64,000 nucleotides of DNA, taken from NCBI GenBank assembly GCA_951406725.2, contig OX597816.1, positions 92,814,001 through 92,878,000 on the forward strand. Direction: 5' to 3'. Positions 39,400 through 50,916 of the stretch are shown piece by piece. Within the stretch, counting starts at the first letter, position 1. Every line of letters starts with the position of its first letter. The translations under genes and the position numbers were made by a program. The stretch is from Octopus vulgaris. Taxonomy: Eukaryota. Under the pieces are notes generated by a model. It ran no database searches, had not been told where the DNA came from, and saw nothing but the letters and a program-made list of their open reading frames with translations.

Positions 39400-39875
39400 C
39401 CATGGTCAATGCTAATGTCCCCTGACTGGCTCCTGTGCTGGTAGCATGTAAAAAGCACCATCTGAACATGGTTGATGCCAGACCCACCAGACTGGCTTCT
39501 GTGCTGGTGGCACATAAAAAGCACCATCTGAATGTGGCTGATGCCAGTACTCTCAGGTTGGCTCCCGTGCTGGTGGCACATAAAAAATGTGATTAATGCC
39601 AGGCCCACCTGACTGACTCCTGTACTGGTGGCACATAAAAAACACCATCCAAAAGTGATCGATACCAGTTCACCTAACTGGTTCCTGTGCCAGTGGCACG
39701 TAAAAAGCATCCACTACACTCTCAGAGTGGTTGGCTTTAAGAAGGGCATCCACCTGTAGAAACATTGCCTGATCAGACTGGAGGCTGGTGCAGCTGCTGG
39801 CTCTCCAGATCTCTGAGAAACTGTCCAACATACCATCCAGCATAAAAAACAGATGTTAAACAATGATGATGATGG
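39400..39875 (+). mobile_element. SINE family C with five tandem 54-66-bp internal units
   Basis: The unit GACTGGCTCCTGTGCTGGTGGCACATAAAAAGCACCATC... has anchors at about 39450, 39516, 39580, 39635 and 39701, followed by the family C tail and (GAT)n. Confidence 0.85.
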
Positions 39876-39964
39876 TATTCATATAATTAGTTCCCAATCA
39901 CTTGGTTTCAAGTTCAGCCTTACTAAACCAAGTGGACAGACACTCAAAGCAGCCTGCTGTACAA

Positions 39965-39992
39965 ACATACATACATACATACATACATACAT

Positions 39993-40027
<35 letters not shown>

Positions 40028-40087
40028 TACATACATACATACATACATACATACATACATACATACATACATACATACATACATACA

Positions 40088-40117
<30 letters not shown>
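39965..40117. repeat. (CATA)n microsatellite
   Basis: Seen directly in the sequence. Confidence 0.95.
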
Positions 40118-40118
<1 letters not shown>

Positions 40119-40250
40119 GATATGTAACACACTGCCTAAATACCAATCTTGAGAAATTAGGCATCTCAAAACCAGAGAGGAGAAAGCTAATTTGAAGATT
40201 ACAGATCCACTCCATCACTTGAACTGTAAAAATCTGTAAAATTTTAAAAT
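40118..40250 (+). mobile_element. RLE-type LINE C-terminal fragment
   Basis: Diverged copy of 45964-46095 (GATATGTAA...CTGCCTAAATACCAATCTT.AGAAATTAGGC.TCTCAAAACCAGA), starting at the edge of (CATA)n. Confidence 0.8.
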
Positions 40251-41087
40251 GCCGTTTTTTTTTTGGGGTTTTTTTTTTTTGCAAAATCAGTATCTCCGTA
40301 CTCAAAAATGAGGGATTCTCTAAAAAAAAAAGAAAACACTGAAAGGGAGTGCGATCCACATTCTTTACATCCGCCTTAAATATGAACACCAACTTACTTA
40401 TATAATCATGTTGGACGTTTGTAGCAGCAGCAGCAGCAGTAGTAGTAGTAATAGTAGTTATAGCAGCAGCTAGTTGGTAGCAGTTATGGTTGTAATAGTT
40501 GTAGTTATGACAGTACTACAGATGGACAGAAATACCTTTATAAGTATGTTGGTGTGTAAGAAGATGTATACAGTAGATGTGTGGCAATAGCAATGATAAT
40601 AGTGATGGTTATGATGTTATCAGTGCATGTTGAATTGCTTGCTTGACTGCTGGCAATTATTGTGGATAGTATAATTATAAAGAAAAAATATTCTTTTATA
40701 ATTTACAAACAAAAGAAAATAGAAAAAGTGAGAGATAGTTGATTGTAGTGACTTTAGTGTCTGATTATCATATTAATCCAAATCTATATTACATTGTAGT
40801 GTATTGACAACATTACCAATTTTTGTTTACATTAATTCTTTCTTTTACTCTCTTACTCATTTCAGTCATTGAATTGCAATCATGCTGGTGTATCCACCTT
40901 CAATAATATATAGTTTTAAACATTGTCTTTCTTTAAACTTTGTATCACATATATTTTATGTATTATTTACACACTGACAAACAGACAGACAGGCAGGCAG
41001 GCATACATACATACATACATACATACATACATACATACATACATACATACATACATACATACATACATACATACATACAGATAGACA

Positions 41088-41330
41088 GGTTTCTTTATTG
41101 GACATGCAGGGCTAGACACAGAAAGACAAAATACAAAGTAGAGCTTTTCTTTTGAGAAGAAGAGAAGGGAAAAAGTGGGGGGGGGGGGCAATTCTGATCA
41201 AAAGGGATCGTGAAAAAAAGTGGGGCTGATCAATAGGGATTGTGTATCACAGAAATGTCAATGTAAAAAGGGAAAACAGATTAGGTTTGTCTGTGGATAG
41301 AAAAGCCTATGGAAAAGACCACAGGAAAAG
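41088..41330 (-). mobile_element. Probable Tx1/L1-like 3' UTR fragment
   Basis: The TTT(C)TTTATTG end and GGAAAAGACC are shared with 22985-23145. Confidence 0.45.
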
Positions 41331-41359
41331 ACAGATGGATGGATGGATAGATGAATCTA

Positions 41360-42035
41360 GAGGAGAATTAAAGAAGAAATTCCAGGTTTGGAACCTAAAC
41401 CTAGAAACAAGAGTTCTTAAGGTAAACTTAGCAAAAACAAAGGTTTTAGTGAATAGGAGAGAAGACTAGATGCTGGTATCCTCAGGAAAATAGCCTTGCT
41501 TGATATGTAAAAAAAGAATAGGCATAAATTGCATATACTGTGTCCTTTATAAGCTATGAGTATACAAGAGGTGTGGACTAACAGAGAATGTAAGCTTTAT
41601 ATATGATAGATGCTCTGGAGCAGTATATACTATGAGCATATGGGAAATAGATTTGCTTATATGGCTGGATGGCTTACTAGAAGTAGCTGATAGCTATTGT
41701 TATGTAATTAGCAGGGAAGGTGGTTGCTCTGAAAGTATAGCAGCCAGAGTAAGAACAGGCTGGTGAATGGTCAGGGTGTTACAGAGACTTTGTGTCTGGC
41801 AACAAAGGTCTCTTCTCCAGAGTGAAGGGCAGATTTATGATGCTTGTGTTAGAACTACCATGCTGCATGATAATATAACACAAGCTTTGAATGCAAATGT
41901 CTTCAGATGACTGCTTCATTGAATCTACATTCTAAGTGTGCATGAATGACAAAGTACAAATATGCTTGGTAAAACACACTAGGTATAAGAATCAGATCTT
42001 ATATGATAGAAGACTGTACTGGTATGGACATGTAA
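41360..42035 (+). mobile_element. Decayed RTE-clade LINE, C-terminal part
   Basis: Reads ELKKKFQVWNLNLETRVLKVNLAKTKVLV, and later RVKGR.YDAC and RLYWYGHV. It is homologous to 61815-63122. Confidence 0.8.
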
Positions 42036-43039
42036 TGTGTATGGACAAGGACACCACTAAAATGTCTTTGATCATAAATGTGCTGGATTAGGGCTGAATT
42101 GGACGAAACAACAAAAGCAACATAGCAGAGAGGTTGATTGATAGGCATTGGATCAGCACTTATGATGCATATATATGATGAAAGGTATTTCAGCTTTGAC
42201 AATCTTGTCTTTTATTCAGTCAAAATGTATCGAAGATGTTGCTATCCAAAGTGTCCTTCTTTTTGAGTACAGTAGAGAGTAATTTCAGTGAGATGGAGGT
42301 TTTGTAGGTCAGGTTTGCTCACTAGCTTGATGTAGCGGAATAGTTTATTTCAGAGAGATGCAATGCTGAGAAAGGATAGTATAAATTGCATAGTATAAGG
42401 TTTGGGAGATAAGCCATAGTAGGGAAGATATGAAAAAATGAGACAGGTATAACAGATCAGAGTGGTTGAGTGGAGGAACAGAGTGGGTGAGTTTGATTAA
42501 GTAGTATGGAGAAAGAAAACAGCTTGATGGCCTGCCTTTAAACGAATTGTAACAGCAACTAATCAGTGGCTTGGCTATTTTTTAATGTATTTGAAATGTT
42601 TGTGTGTGGAAGGTTAACTGAATATAAAAGTCTATAGAACTTCAAATCTACTGGCTAAGTTATACAGGAGAGAAAAACAATATTTGTTTTATTTAGCATA
42701 AAAAATAAATGATACATGCTAGATGAAAAGTGGATAAGAGTTGACATAGTAAGTAAGTTACTGGGATAGAAATAGATCAAGGTAAATTTAAAAAGCAGCT
42801 GTTAGATCTGATCATAGAATTTTGGGTCATCACTCTTGGGAGGAGATGATACAGAAACAATTCTTTAACCTCAAGTAAGCATTGCTGCATTGCAGATACC
42901 TCAATATCATGCTGGAGTGAGTGAACTAAAATGATATTAATGGAGATTATTATAATAGTACTTACGGTCAAGTTAAGAATTATAAATATAAAGTAGTGGT
43001 AGCAGTAAAAGTGGTACATTGATGGTCTTGATGATAATC

Positions 43040-43248
43040 ATTTCTACTAAAGGCACAAGGTCTGAAATTTGGGATGAGGCAGTGAGTCAATTAATTAACC
43101 CTAGTGTTTCACTTGTATTTAATTTATCGACCCCAAAAGCATGAAAGGCAAAGTCAAGCTCAGTGGAATTTGAACTCAGAACAAAGACAGACAAAATGCC
43201 ACAAAGCATCTTGCCTGGCTTGCTAATTATTCTGCCAGATTGCTGCTT
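43040..43248 (-). mobile_element. SINE family B
   Basis: TTTATCGACCCC...ATGAAAGGCAAAGTCAA...GGAATTTGAACTCAGAAC. Confidence 0.75.
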
Positions 43249-44259
43249 TAATGATCTTGATAATAATGATGATCATTACCGTCATGATAGTGAAAATGTT
43301 ATAAAGTTACCTACCAATTCAGGTGTAACATTAACAGTTGCTAAGGCTGGATGCCCTTTCCGCCAACAACCCTTACTTGTTGGGGAGTATCATCTAAGCA
43401 AGGTGATACTCACCAACAGCTAGACACATTTTTTTACAGAACATTGGAAATGAGCAAACAATTGTGAAGTGTTGAGGGTCATTTACAACTATTGCACAAT
43501 GTCAAGACAAGACACACACACAGACACATACACACACACACACACATATATGATGGGCTCAATTCTATTTCTGGCTACCAAATCCACTTTCAAAGTTTTG
43601 GTTGGCCTGAGGTGATTGCAGAAGACACTTTCACAAGATGAGTTTCAAGCAGTTGGATTGAAACCAAAACTATATACCTGGGGAGCAAAATTCTCAACCA
43701 TGTATATACACGTGCATATATATGTGCATATTAGTTTAAGTAACTTCAAACTGCTGTACAATAACACCTTGCACCTTCCAACTCACCAGTTGCTATTGTC
43801 ACTCTAGGCTTCACCAATTAAGTTTTTTTCCTGATAAAAAACGAATAAGCAACTAATGATGTTCAGCAGTAGAACATAAGTTACTAAGACCTTTGACAAA
43901 AACAATGATGTATGCAGAGAATCAACCAATCAGAGCATTGGATCTCTACAGGTCAAAAACAAGTGATCAAAACAGTCAATGAACAAAGGACATCTCCAAG
44001 AAGTCAACCAGCAAGAATGCTGGATTTCTGCAAAGGCAGAATATGTGACAAGAACTTCCAGGAATTATCCAGCTAAAATGCTAGAGACTACAGGCAGACA
44101 AAGCAAGTGACATCATTAAATTTACAACCAATCAGATCTTGAACCTTTGCCTTAAAAACCCATACATCCAAAGCAATTTTACCTGAAAACTGATCAAGCT
44201 CTTACCAGCAAAACCAATGACAAAGAATCCTCCTTCATGCACTACTCTTTTATTCCTTT

Positions 44260-44840
44260 ATCCTTTTACTTATTTCAGTCATTTGACTGTGGCCATGCTG
44301 CAGTACTGCATTTAGTTGAACAAATCGACTCCAGGACTTATTCTTTGTAAGCCTAGTACTTATTCTATCAACATTCGAAGATCATGCTCCACCACCCTGT
44401 CCCATGTCTTCCTGGGTCTACCTCTTCCACGGGTTCCCTCCACCATTAAAGTGTGACGCATCTTCACACCGCTGTCATTGTCCATTTGCATCACATGACC
44501 ATACCAGTGCAGTCGTTTCTCTTGCACACCACATTTGATGCTTCATATGTCCGACTTTTCTTTCAGGATGCTTACATTCTGCCATGCATGCACACTGATA
44601 TTACACATCCAGCAGAGCATACAAGTTTCATTTCTTACAAGCCTATGCACATATATATATATATATGCATATATTTATGACAGGCTTTTTTCAGTTTCCA
44701 CCTATCAAATCCTCTCATGAGGCTTTGGTCAGCTTGAGGCTATAGTAGAAGACACTTGCCCAAGGAGCCATGCAATGAGACTGAACTCGGAACCATGTGG
44801 TTGGGAAGCAACCTTCTTACCACACCGTCACTCCTGCACC
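44260..44840 (-). mobile_element. SINE family A whose middle is replaced by an RTE LINE fragment
   Basis: SINE tail at 44260-44370 and head at 44678-44840. The interval 44372-44640 reads on the minus strand IKCGVQEKRLHWYGHVMQMD...EGTRGRGRPRKTWDRVVEHDLR. Confidence 0.8.
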
Positions 44841-45382
44841 TATTACAGAAATTGTAAAACAAAAATACCTTTTATTATATGTTTTATTTTCTTATGCTTT
44901 TAAAAACTTCATTGTATTTAATTGTTGCTATAACTCAAACTTAATGAACTTACAATCATGTATGATGAATGAAATTCATCAAGCAGTTGAACTTATATAA
45001 TTGCCTACCTCTGAGAAAATTACTGATACTGGAATTTATATGAACATTTGATCTTGTAAGGAAATTTTTCCTAATTATCCATTGTACCTTCAATCTCTCT
45101 TCAAATTGTTTTATTTACCACTGTAAAGCAAAAATTTGAAAAACCAGTTTGGTATTTTATTAAATCAGTAAGAAAATTTTAAAATTACAGCACATTTTAA
45201 AACACAGGTGCATTTTCAACCCCCACCCACAAACAAACTCTCTTATATATATATATATATAGCAAAGTAAAGTTGTAAGGTACCGCACGAGTGGAAATAT
45301 ATATGAAATATATGTGCATTTTCAAACCTTCTTTCATTTATGTATATATATATATATATATATGTATATAAATATAAATATA

Positions 45383-45633
45383 GGCCTCGTGCCGGTGGCA
45401 CGTAAAAAGCACCATCCGTTCGTGGCCGTTTGCTAGACTCATCTGGGACCTGTGCCAGTGGCACGTAAAAAGCACCCACTACATTCATGGAGTGGTTGGC
45501 ATTAGGAAGGGCATCCAGCCATAGAAACATTGCCAGATCAAACTGGGCTTGGTGCAGCCTTCTGGCTTCCCAGACCCCAGTTGAACCGTCCAACCCATGC
45601 TAGCATGGAAAGCGGACGCTAAACGATGATGAT
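45383..45633 (+). mobile_element. SINE family C, young CpG-rich 5'-truncated copy
   Basis: GGCACGTAAAAAGCACC occurs twice, and the tail is CCGTCCAACCCATGCTAGCATGGAAAGCGGACGCTAAACGATGATGATG. Confidence 0.85.
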
Positions 45634-45865
45634 GTATGAATATACATACATACATACATATGTGTGTATGATAGGCTTTTTTCAGTCCCCATGCACCAAG
45701 TCCACTCACAAGTTCTGTGCTATAGTACAAGAAAATGGAGCAAACTTCTTACCTCACTGCCATACCTTTACCCATATACATACATACACACACACACACA
45801 TATACACACACACGCACACACACACACACATACACACACATACATACATACGCACATACATACAG

Positions 45866-46308
45866 TGAAAAACAGAATACCTTTGCTGAACTATTGAGAA
45901 ATTTGCAGTTACTCTATCAAGATTACAAGTTCAGGTTTATACTTGCAAATATTGGGGCACAGGGATATGTAATATACTGCCTAAATACCAATCTTTAGAA
46001 ATTAGGCTTCTCAAAACCAGAAAGGAGAAAGTTAATTTGAAGACTGCAGATCCAAGCCATCACTGGAACAGTAAAAATCTGCAAACTTTTCAAGATGTTT
46101 ATCATCTAAGTATATACAAGTATGTCTAGATATGCAAGTATATAAATGAGAAGACACACATAAAACAAACATACAGATCTGCACATATACTTACAAACAA
46201 AAATAACCTATTGTCGATGTCGAAATTCCAGTGAAGAAGTCTTGAATCTAGGTCAGAAACCATTTCTTTCTCTATTGGCAAGAAGTCTTGAAATAAAACT
46301 GAATTATG
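45866..46308 (+). mobile_element. 3' end of an RLE-type (R4/NeSL-group) LINE flanked by (CA)/(CATA)n
   Basis: Reads FAELLRNLQLLYQDYKFRFILANIGAQGYV...KLG...RLQIQAITGTVKICK, resembling the C-terminus of restriction-like endonuclease domains. The 3' UTR runs into (CATA)n at 46309. Confidence 0.7.
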
Positions 46309-46351
46309 ACATACATACATACATACATACATACATACATACATACATACA

Positions 46352-46404
<53 letters not shown>

Positions 46405-46502
46405 ACGTAGATACACACACACACATAATATAGATAATATATACATGTGTTTTTCAGAAAAATTATATTAATGTGTCCAACTGATTAAAATTCTGTTTAT
46501 TT

Positions 46503-46590
46503 GTGCGGCTGATGATGGCTCTTCATTTAAATTGATGTAATGATTGCCTTGTTCAATTAAATGGAGCCGCTTGAAACGGGTGTACTGCAT
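46503..46590 (+). ncRNA. Type I hammerhead ribozyme candidate within an about 175-bp repeat (46456-46627)
   Basis: Stem I GUGCGG/CUGCAU, core CUGAUGA (46509-15), long stem II UGGCUC..CAUUUAAAUUGA/UCAAUUAAAUGGAGCCG, GAAA (46573-76), stem III ACGGGUGU, and a GUA cleavage triplet ending at 46584. Confidence 0.7.
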
Positions 46591-46633
46591 CATTTCTTGA
46601 TATCCTGTTGCTTATCTTGATTTTGTATGTGTG

Positions 46634-46688
<55 letters not shown>

Positions 46689-46699
46689 GTGCATTTATA

Positions 46700-47450
46700 G
46701 GTACAGGACGTCACCAACTGTATAAGCAACATGAAGTACAGGAACAAACGAATTAAATACATAAACAATGACAGAAAAATTGAAAACGGGACAAGTAAAC
46801 ACAGAAAACGACCCTTCATCAGTTGTTGGCTGTCTATCTACTCCTCATTTCGAGCATTCACTGACAATATGAGTCTTTAAAGACAGTTGCTCCCATATGG
46901 GTACATGGAACATGAACTATTCTTTCGAACAACGAAAGACACAAATGGAAAACAAAACAAACATAATGAACGACCCTTTATCAGTTGTTGGCTTTCTCTC
47001 TAGTCTTGTATTTCGAGCATTTAACAACAATATACGTTTTCGATAAAACAGTTGCTCCTGCAAAGCAAATTAAATAAAATTTGGGATTTTGCAGAGGGTC
47101 AAAATAGGTAACACAAGCAGGACAATGAAAACATAAACGAGGTTGTGGTGGTGAACGCGTAAATCAAGCTAGGACAGGAGACAAACAAGAACACGTCTTC
47201 CTTGCTCCAGCTACAGTGGAGAGAAAGAAAGAAAGATGGCCGATGGTCACGTGGGAGTCACATGAGTAAGAGAGGAAGAGAGTGACAGAGTAATAGAATT
47301 GAATAAGGGGAGAAGAGGAGGTAAAAGAAGACGAGAGAAAAAAGAGAGAAAAACGAAAGAGTAAAAAGATCGTATAGAGTGGGCATTAGAATTATTAAGA
47401 TAAAACTTACTTGGAAAAGGATTCGTGGTGTTCAATCATATAATAATATA
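46700..47450. mobile_element. Non-coding repeat between microsatellites with an internal about 90-bp duplication (possibly Penelope-like)
   Basis: AACGACCCTT(C/T)ATCAGTTGTTGGCT...TTTCGAGCATT...ACAGTTGCTCC occurs at 46807-46894 and 46969-47057. A purine-rich tract starts at GGTCACGTGGG, as it does at about 28707. Confidence 0.5.
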
Positions 47451-47506
47451 AATAATATGTATGCATGCATATATACATATATATATGTACATACTTACAT
47501 CTATAC

Positions 47507-47544
<38 letters not shown>

Positions 47545-47549
47545 TCTTA

Positions 47550-48665
47550 CTCTTTTACTTGTTTCAGTCATTTGACTGCGGCCATGCTGGAGCACCGCCT
47601 TTAATCGACCCCGGAACCTATTCTTTGTAAGCCCAGTACTTATTCCATCGGTCTCTTTTGCCGAACCGCTAAGTGACGGGGGACGTAAACACACCAGCAT
47701 CGGTTGTCAAGCAATGCTAGGGGGACAAACACACACACACAAACACACACACATATACACATATATATATAAATTTATATATGAGGATAATATCGATATT
47801 TAAGTGTCGAAATTATCAAGTGGCCAGCATGAAAGAAATACCTTACAAAGGTAAAAAAATTTTTAACAATTAAAAATGAGGGTGTCTAAAAGACACCAAC
47901 ATGCCGAAATAGCAGTCGAAACTCTGACTATAAAACCACGTTAAATGTTCATATCGCACCATGAGGTAAAGCGGAGGGACAAAACATACAGGCAAAAATT
48001 ATTGAATAATTCAAGATCCAAGGATTTCTGGTTCTGCTTTAGATAAGCTTTACCGTCATCAATTGAATATATCAAGGGTACATAAATACAGATATATATA
48101 TGCACAGCAAACGATATACTTACATATACGAGCGTCGTACATACATACATATGCACGTATGGACACAGCCAGTTTGAATCGCCCGCCAAATCACCGCATT
48201 TTTTTTACCTTTGTAAGGTATTTCTTTCATGCTGGCCACTTGATAATTTCGACACTTAAATATCGATATTATCCTCATATATAAATTTATATAATTCGTT
48301 ATTATATTCACTGCGGTGCTTATTTTAACCATATCGTACTTATGCGGTGATTTGGCGGGCGATTCAAACTGGCTGTGTCCATACGTGCATATGTATGTAT
48401 GTACGACGCTCGTATATGTAAGTATATCGTTTGCTGTGCATATATATATCTGTATTTATGTACCCTTGATATATTCAATTGTTGACGGTAAAGCTTATCT
48501 AAAGCAGAACCAGAAATCCTTGGATCTTGAATTATTCAATAATTTTTGCTTGTATGTTTTGTCCCTCCGCTTTACCTCATGGTGCGATATGAACATTTAA
48601 CGTGGTTTTATAGTCAGAGTTTCGACTGCTATTTCGGCATGTTGGTGTCTGTTAGACACCCTCAT

Positions 48666-48732
<67 letters not shown>

Positions 48733-48897
48733 TACGACAGGCTTCTTTCAGTTTCTGTCTACCAAATCCACTCACAAGGCATTGGTCGGCCCGGGGCTAT
48801 AGCAGAAGACACTTGCCCAAGATGCCACGCAGTGGGACTGAACCCAGAACCATGTTGTTGGTTAGAAAGCTACTTACCACACAGCCACTCGTGCGCC
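47550..48897 (-). mobile_element. SINE family A (young) split by the interleaved inverted-repeat insertion
   Basis: The tail half 47550-47730 and head half 48733-48897 are near-identical to 1261-1663. Confidence 0.92.
47766..48669. repeat. Interleaved double inverted repeat A-B-A'-B'
   Basis: A (47766-47859) is the exact reverse complement of A' (48200-48293), 94 bp. B (47872-48199) is the reverse complement of B' (48342-48669), 328 bp, with 3 mismatches found by eye. Confidence 0.95.
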
Positions 48898-48929
48898 TAT
48901 ATATATATATACGTGTATATATATATATA

Positions 48930-49455
48930 CACACACACACACACTTATACATACTAATACGTACTAATACATACTAATACATACTAATACATACACCAAC
49001 CCCATACATACGCACGTCCAGACCAATCCTACGCACTAATACTCTCTCATACACACACACACACACACACACCCTTATACATACTAATACATACACCAAC
49101 CCTATACATACACACGTCCAGACCCCTCCTACGCACTATTAGCTGGTCCTTCAACCCTATTATCAACCCTATTATCAACCCTATTATCTCCCCTTATTTC
49201 GCTCTCGCGTCTCATGTTTGATCTTTGACCTCTGGCCGAAATCAGATCGCCATGTTGATTCGTTAGCTACTGCACGCATTTTTTTCTCTCCTTTCTGTGT
49301 TTTTTTTCTCTCTGTGTATCTTTCTGTTGAAGAGCGTAGGCTCGAAACGTTAAAGACTTGTTTTATTTATATTTCCTGAGCGCCATACTAATACAATTGT
49401 TCGTTTGTTTTCCACCTGCCTTCGTCTTTTGTCTATTTTCATAAAGCTTCCCGTT
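48930..49455 (+). mobile_element. Short non-coding element in (TA)n with internal tandem repeats and a hammerhead motif (Penelope pLTR-like)
   Basis: Bounded by TA-rich microsatellites. It has a duplicated block (48944-49040 / 49074-49140), (TCAACCCTATTA)x3, a pyrimidine-rich 3' part and retained CpGs. Confidence 0.6.
49319..49356 (+). ncRNA. Minimal type I hammerhead ribozyme candidate with a variant core
   Basis: UCUUU-CUGUUGA-A-GAGC(GUAG)GCUC-GAAAC-GU-U-AAAGA gives a 5-bp stem I, a 4-bp stem II and a palindromic ACGU stem III. Confidence 0.65.
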
Positions 49456-49487
49456 ATATATATATACGTGTATATATATATATATAC

Positions 49488-49530
<43 letters not shown>

Positions 49531-50916
49531 GGTGATGATATGCTAAAATATGATAAAGGGACAGAAATAGGTGTCCCAATGTAGGGAAGATACTTTGCTG
49601 GTAGTAATGAGGTGTCAGGGCATATCTACAAGGCACAGGAAGATGAATATAAGAGCAGTGAGACAGAAGTTTGGATAGAGTGAGTGAGCAGCTGAATTCA
49701 TGAGAGTGTGAAAGGGGGCAGGTCAACATCCAGAAGTCATTCTTCACTATTTTGACTCTCATCTACCCGGGTTTCTCTGTTCCACAGGTTCCATCCAGAT
49801 TTAGCAATTGATACTTCTTTATACAGCTGTCTGTAAATTCTATTAAATTTTGAAAATGATATGTATTATAATAAACATTGACTTAATGTTCATTCAATAT
49901 GTGTATACACTCTATAAGACATCAGATGTATATATACATAAATAAACTTAGAGAGAGGGAGAGATACATGCACACACACGTGCATGTACATGAAATGCTT
50001 GTGTTTATATATATGCATACAAATATCCAGAATGCATTCATATACACCACCTATATGAAGATATGACTGCTTAGCTAATATTGATATTTATTTCACTTTC
50101 TTTCTAATATCACTTGTAGAAGACCATGACTTGCTGTCCTGAAATTATTGGGCACTAATTATCTACTGAGCAACTACTTGATGCAGACTCCAGGAATTTG
50201 ATTTAATATGAAAATAATTAATATGTTTTTAAGAGGTTATCCACATTTACAATCAGAGGACATAAATTGTTGTCAAAATCCATAATTATAGAATAATTTG
50301 ATTAAGGAGTAGCAATATAAACTTTGTTGACCTCAATACTAGATGTTCAGCTTTCTCAACAGCACTCAGTGAATGTCAGATAACTAAAGACTATGAAATG
50401 AAGCCAGCTTAAGAAAGTCATAAAATCATTGTTACTAATAATTAAAACCAGCCACTGTCAGCAAAACATGACATATGTCTCTGACAGGAACCAGTGAAAT
50501 ATTTCTTCAAGCTAATTGGCTTAACAATGTGTTTATCATGAAATATAGTTTTTATATTCACTTGAAGATTTTACTGTGGCATCAGTGTAACACACTTTCT
50601 CAAATATTTTACAGTATCGGGTTCTTATAATTCAGGTGTTTTACTGGCTTTTAATCATTAATGGGTCAATTTGATGCAATTTTTCATTTTATCTTTTACA
50701 TTTTCACTTATTGTTTTGTTATGATGTTTTTGCTTCATTTCATATCTAAACTATTAAAAATTTGATGTTTTTATAAACTGAAATTAAGAGGAACAAAATG
50801 TGATGTTCAAATTTGAACTTGAATAAGAATTTCCAAGTAAAATATTAATTTGCTGATTTATACCTAAGTTACACCTTTTATTCATTTTCTGTCAGAATTA
50901 CAACTAAGCTGGGTTT

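Noticed and set aside
39420-39715. Regularly spaced repeats resembling a CRISPR array
   Set aside because: The intervening sequences are homologous to each other, the array is part of a SINE, the DNA is eukaryotic and no cas genes are present.
43900-44170. Loose 60-80-bp tandem units with two CCAATCAG motifs, LTR-like
   Set aside because: No TG...CA ends, TSD or partner LTR could be identified, so it is too weak to call.
47941-48600. Near-identical 82-94 aa ORFs on opposite strands
   Set aside because: They are a by-product of the B/B' inverted repeat and show no recognisable domain.
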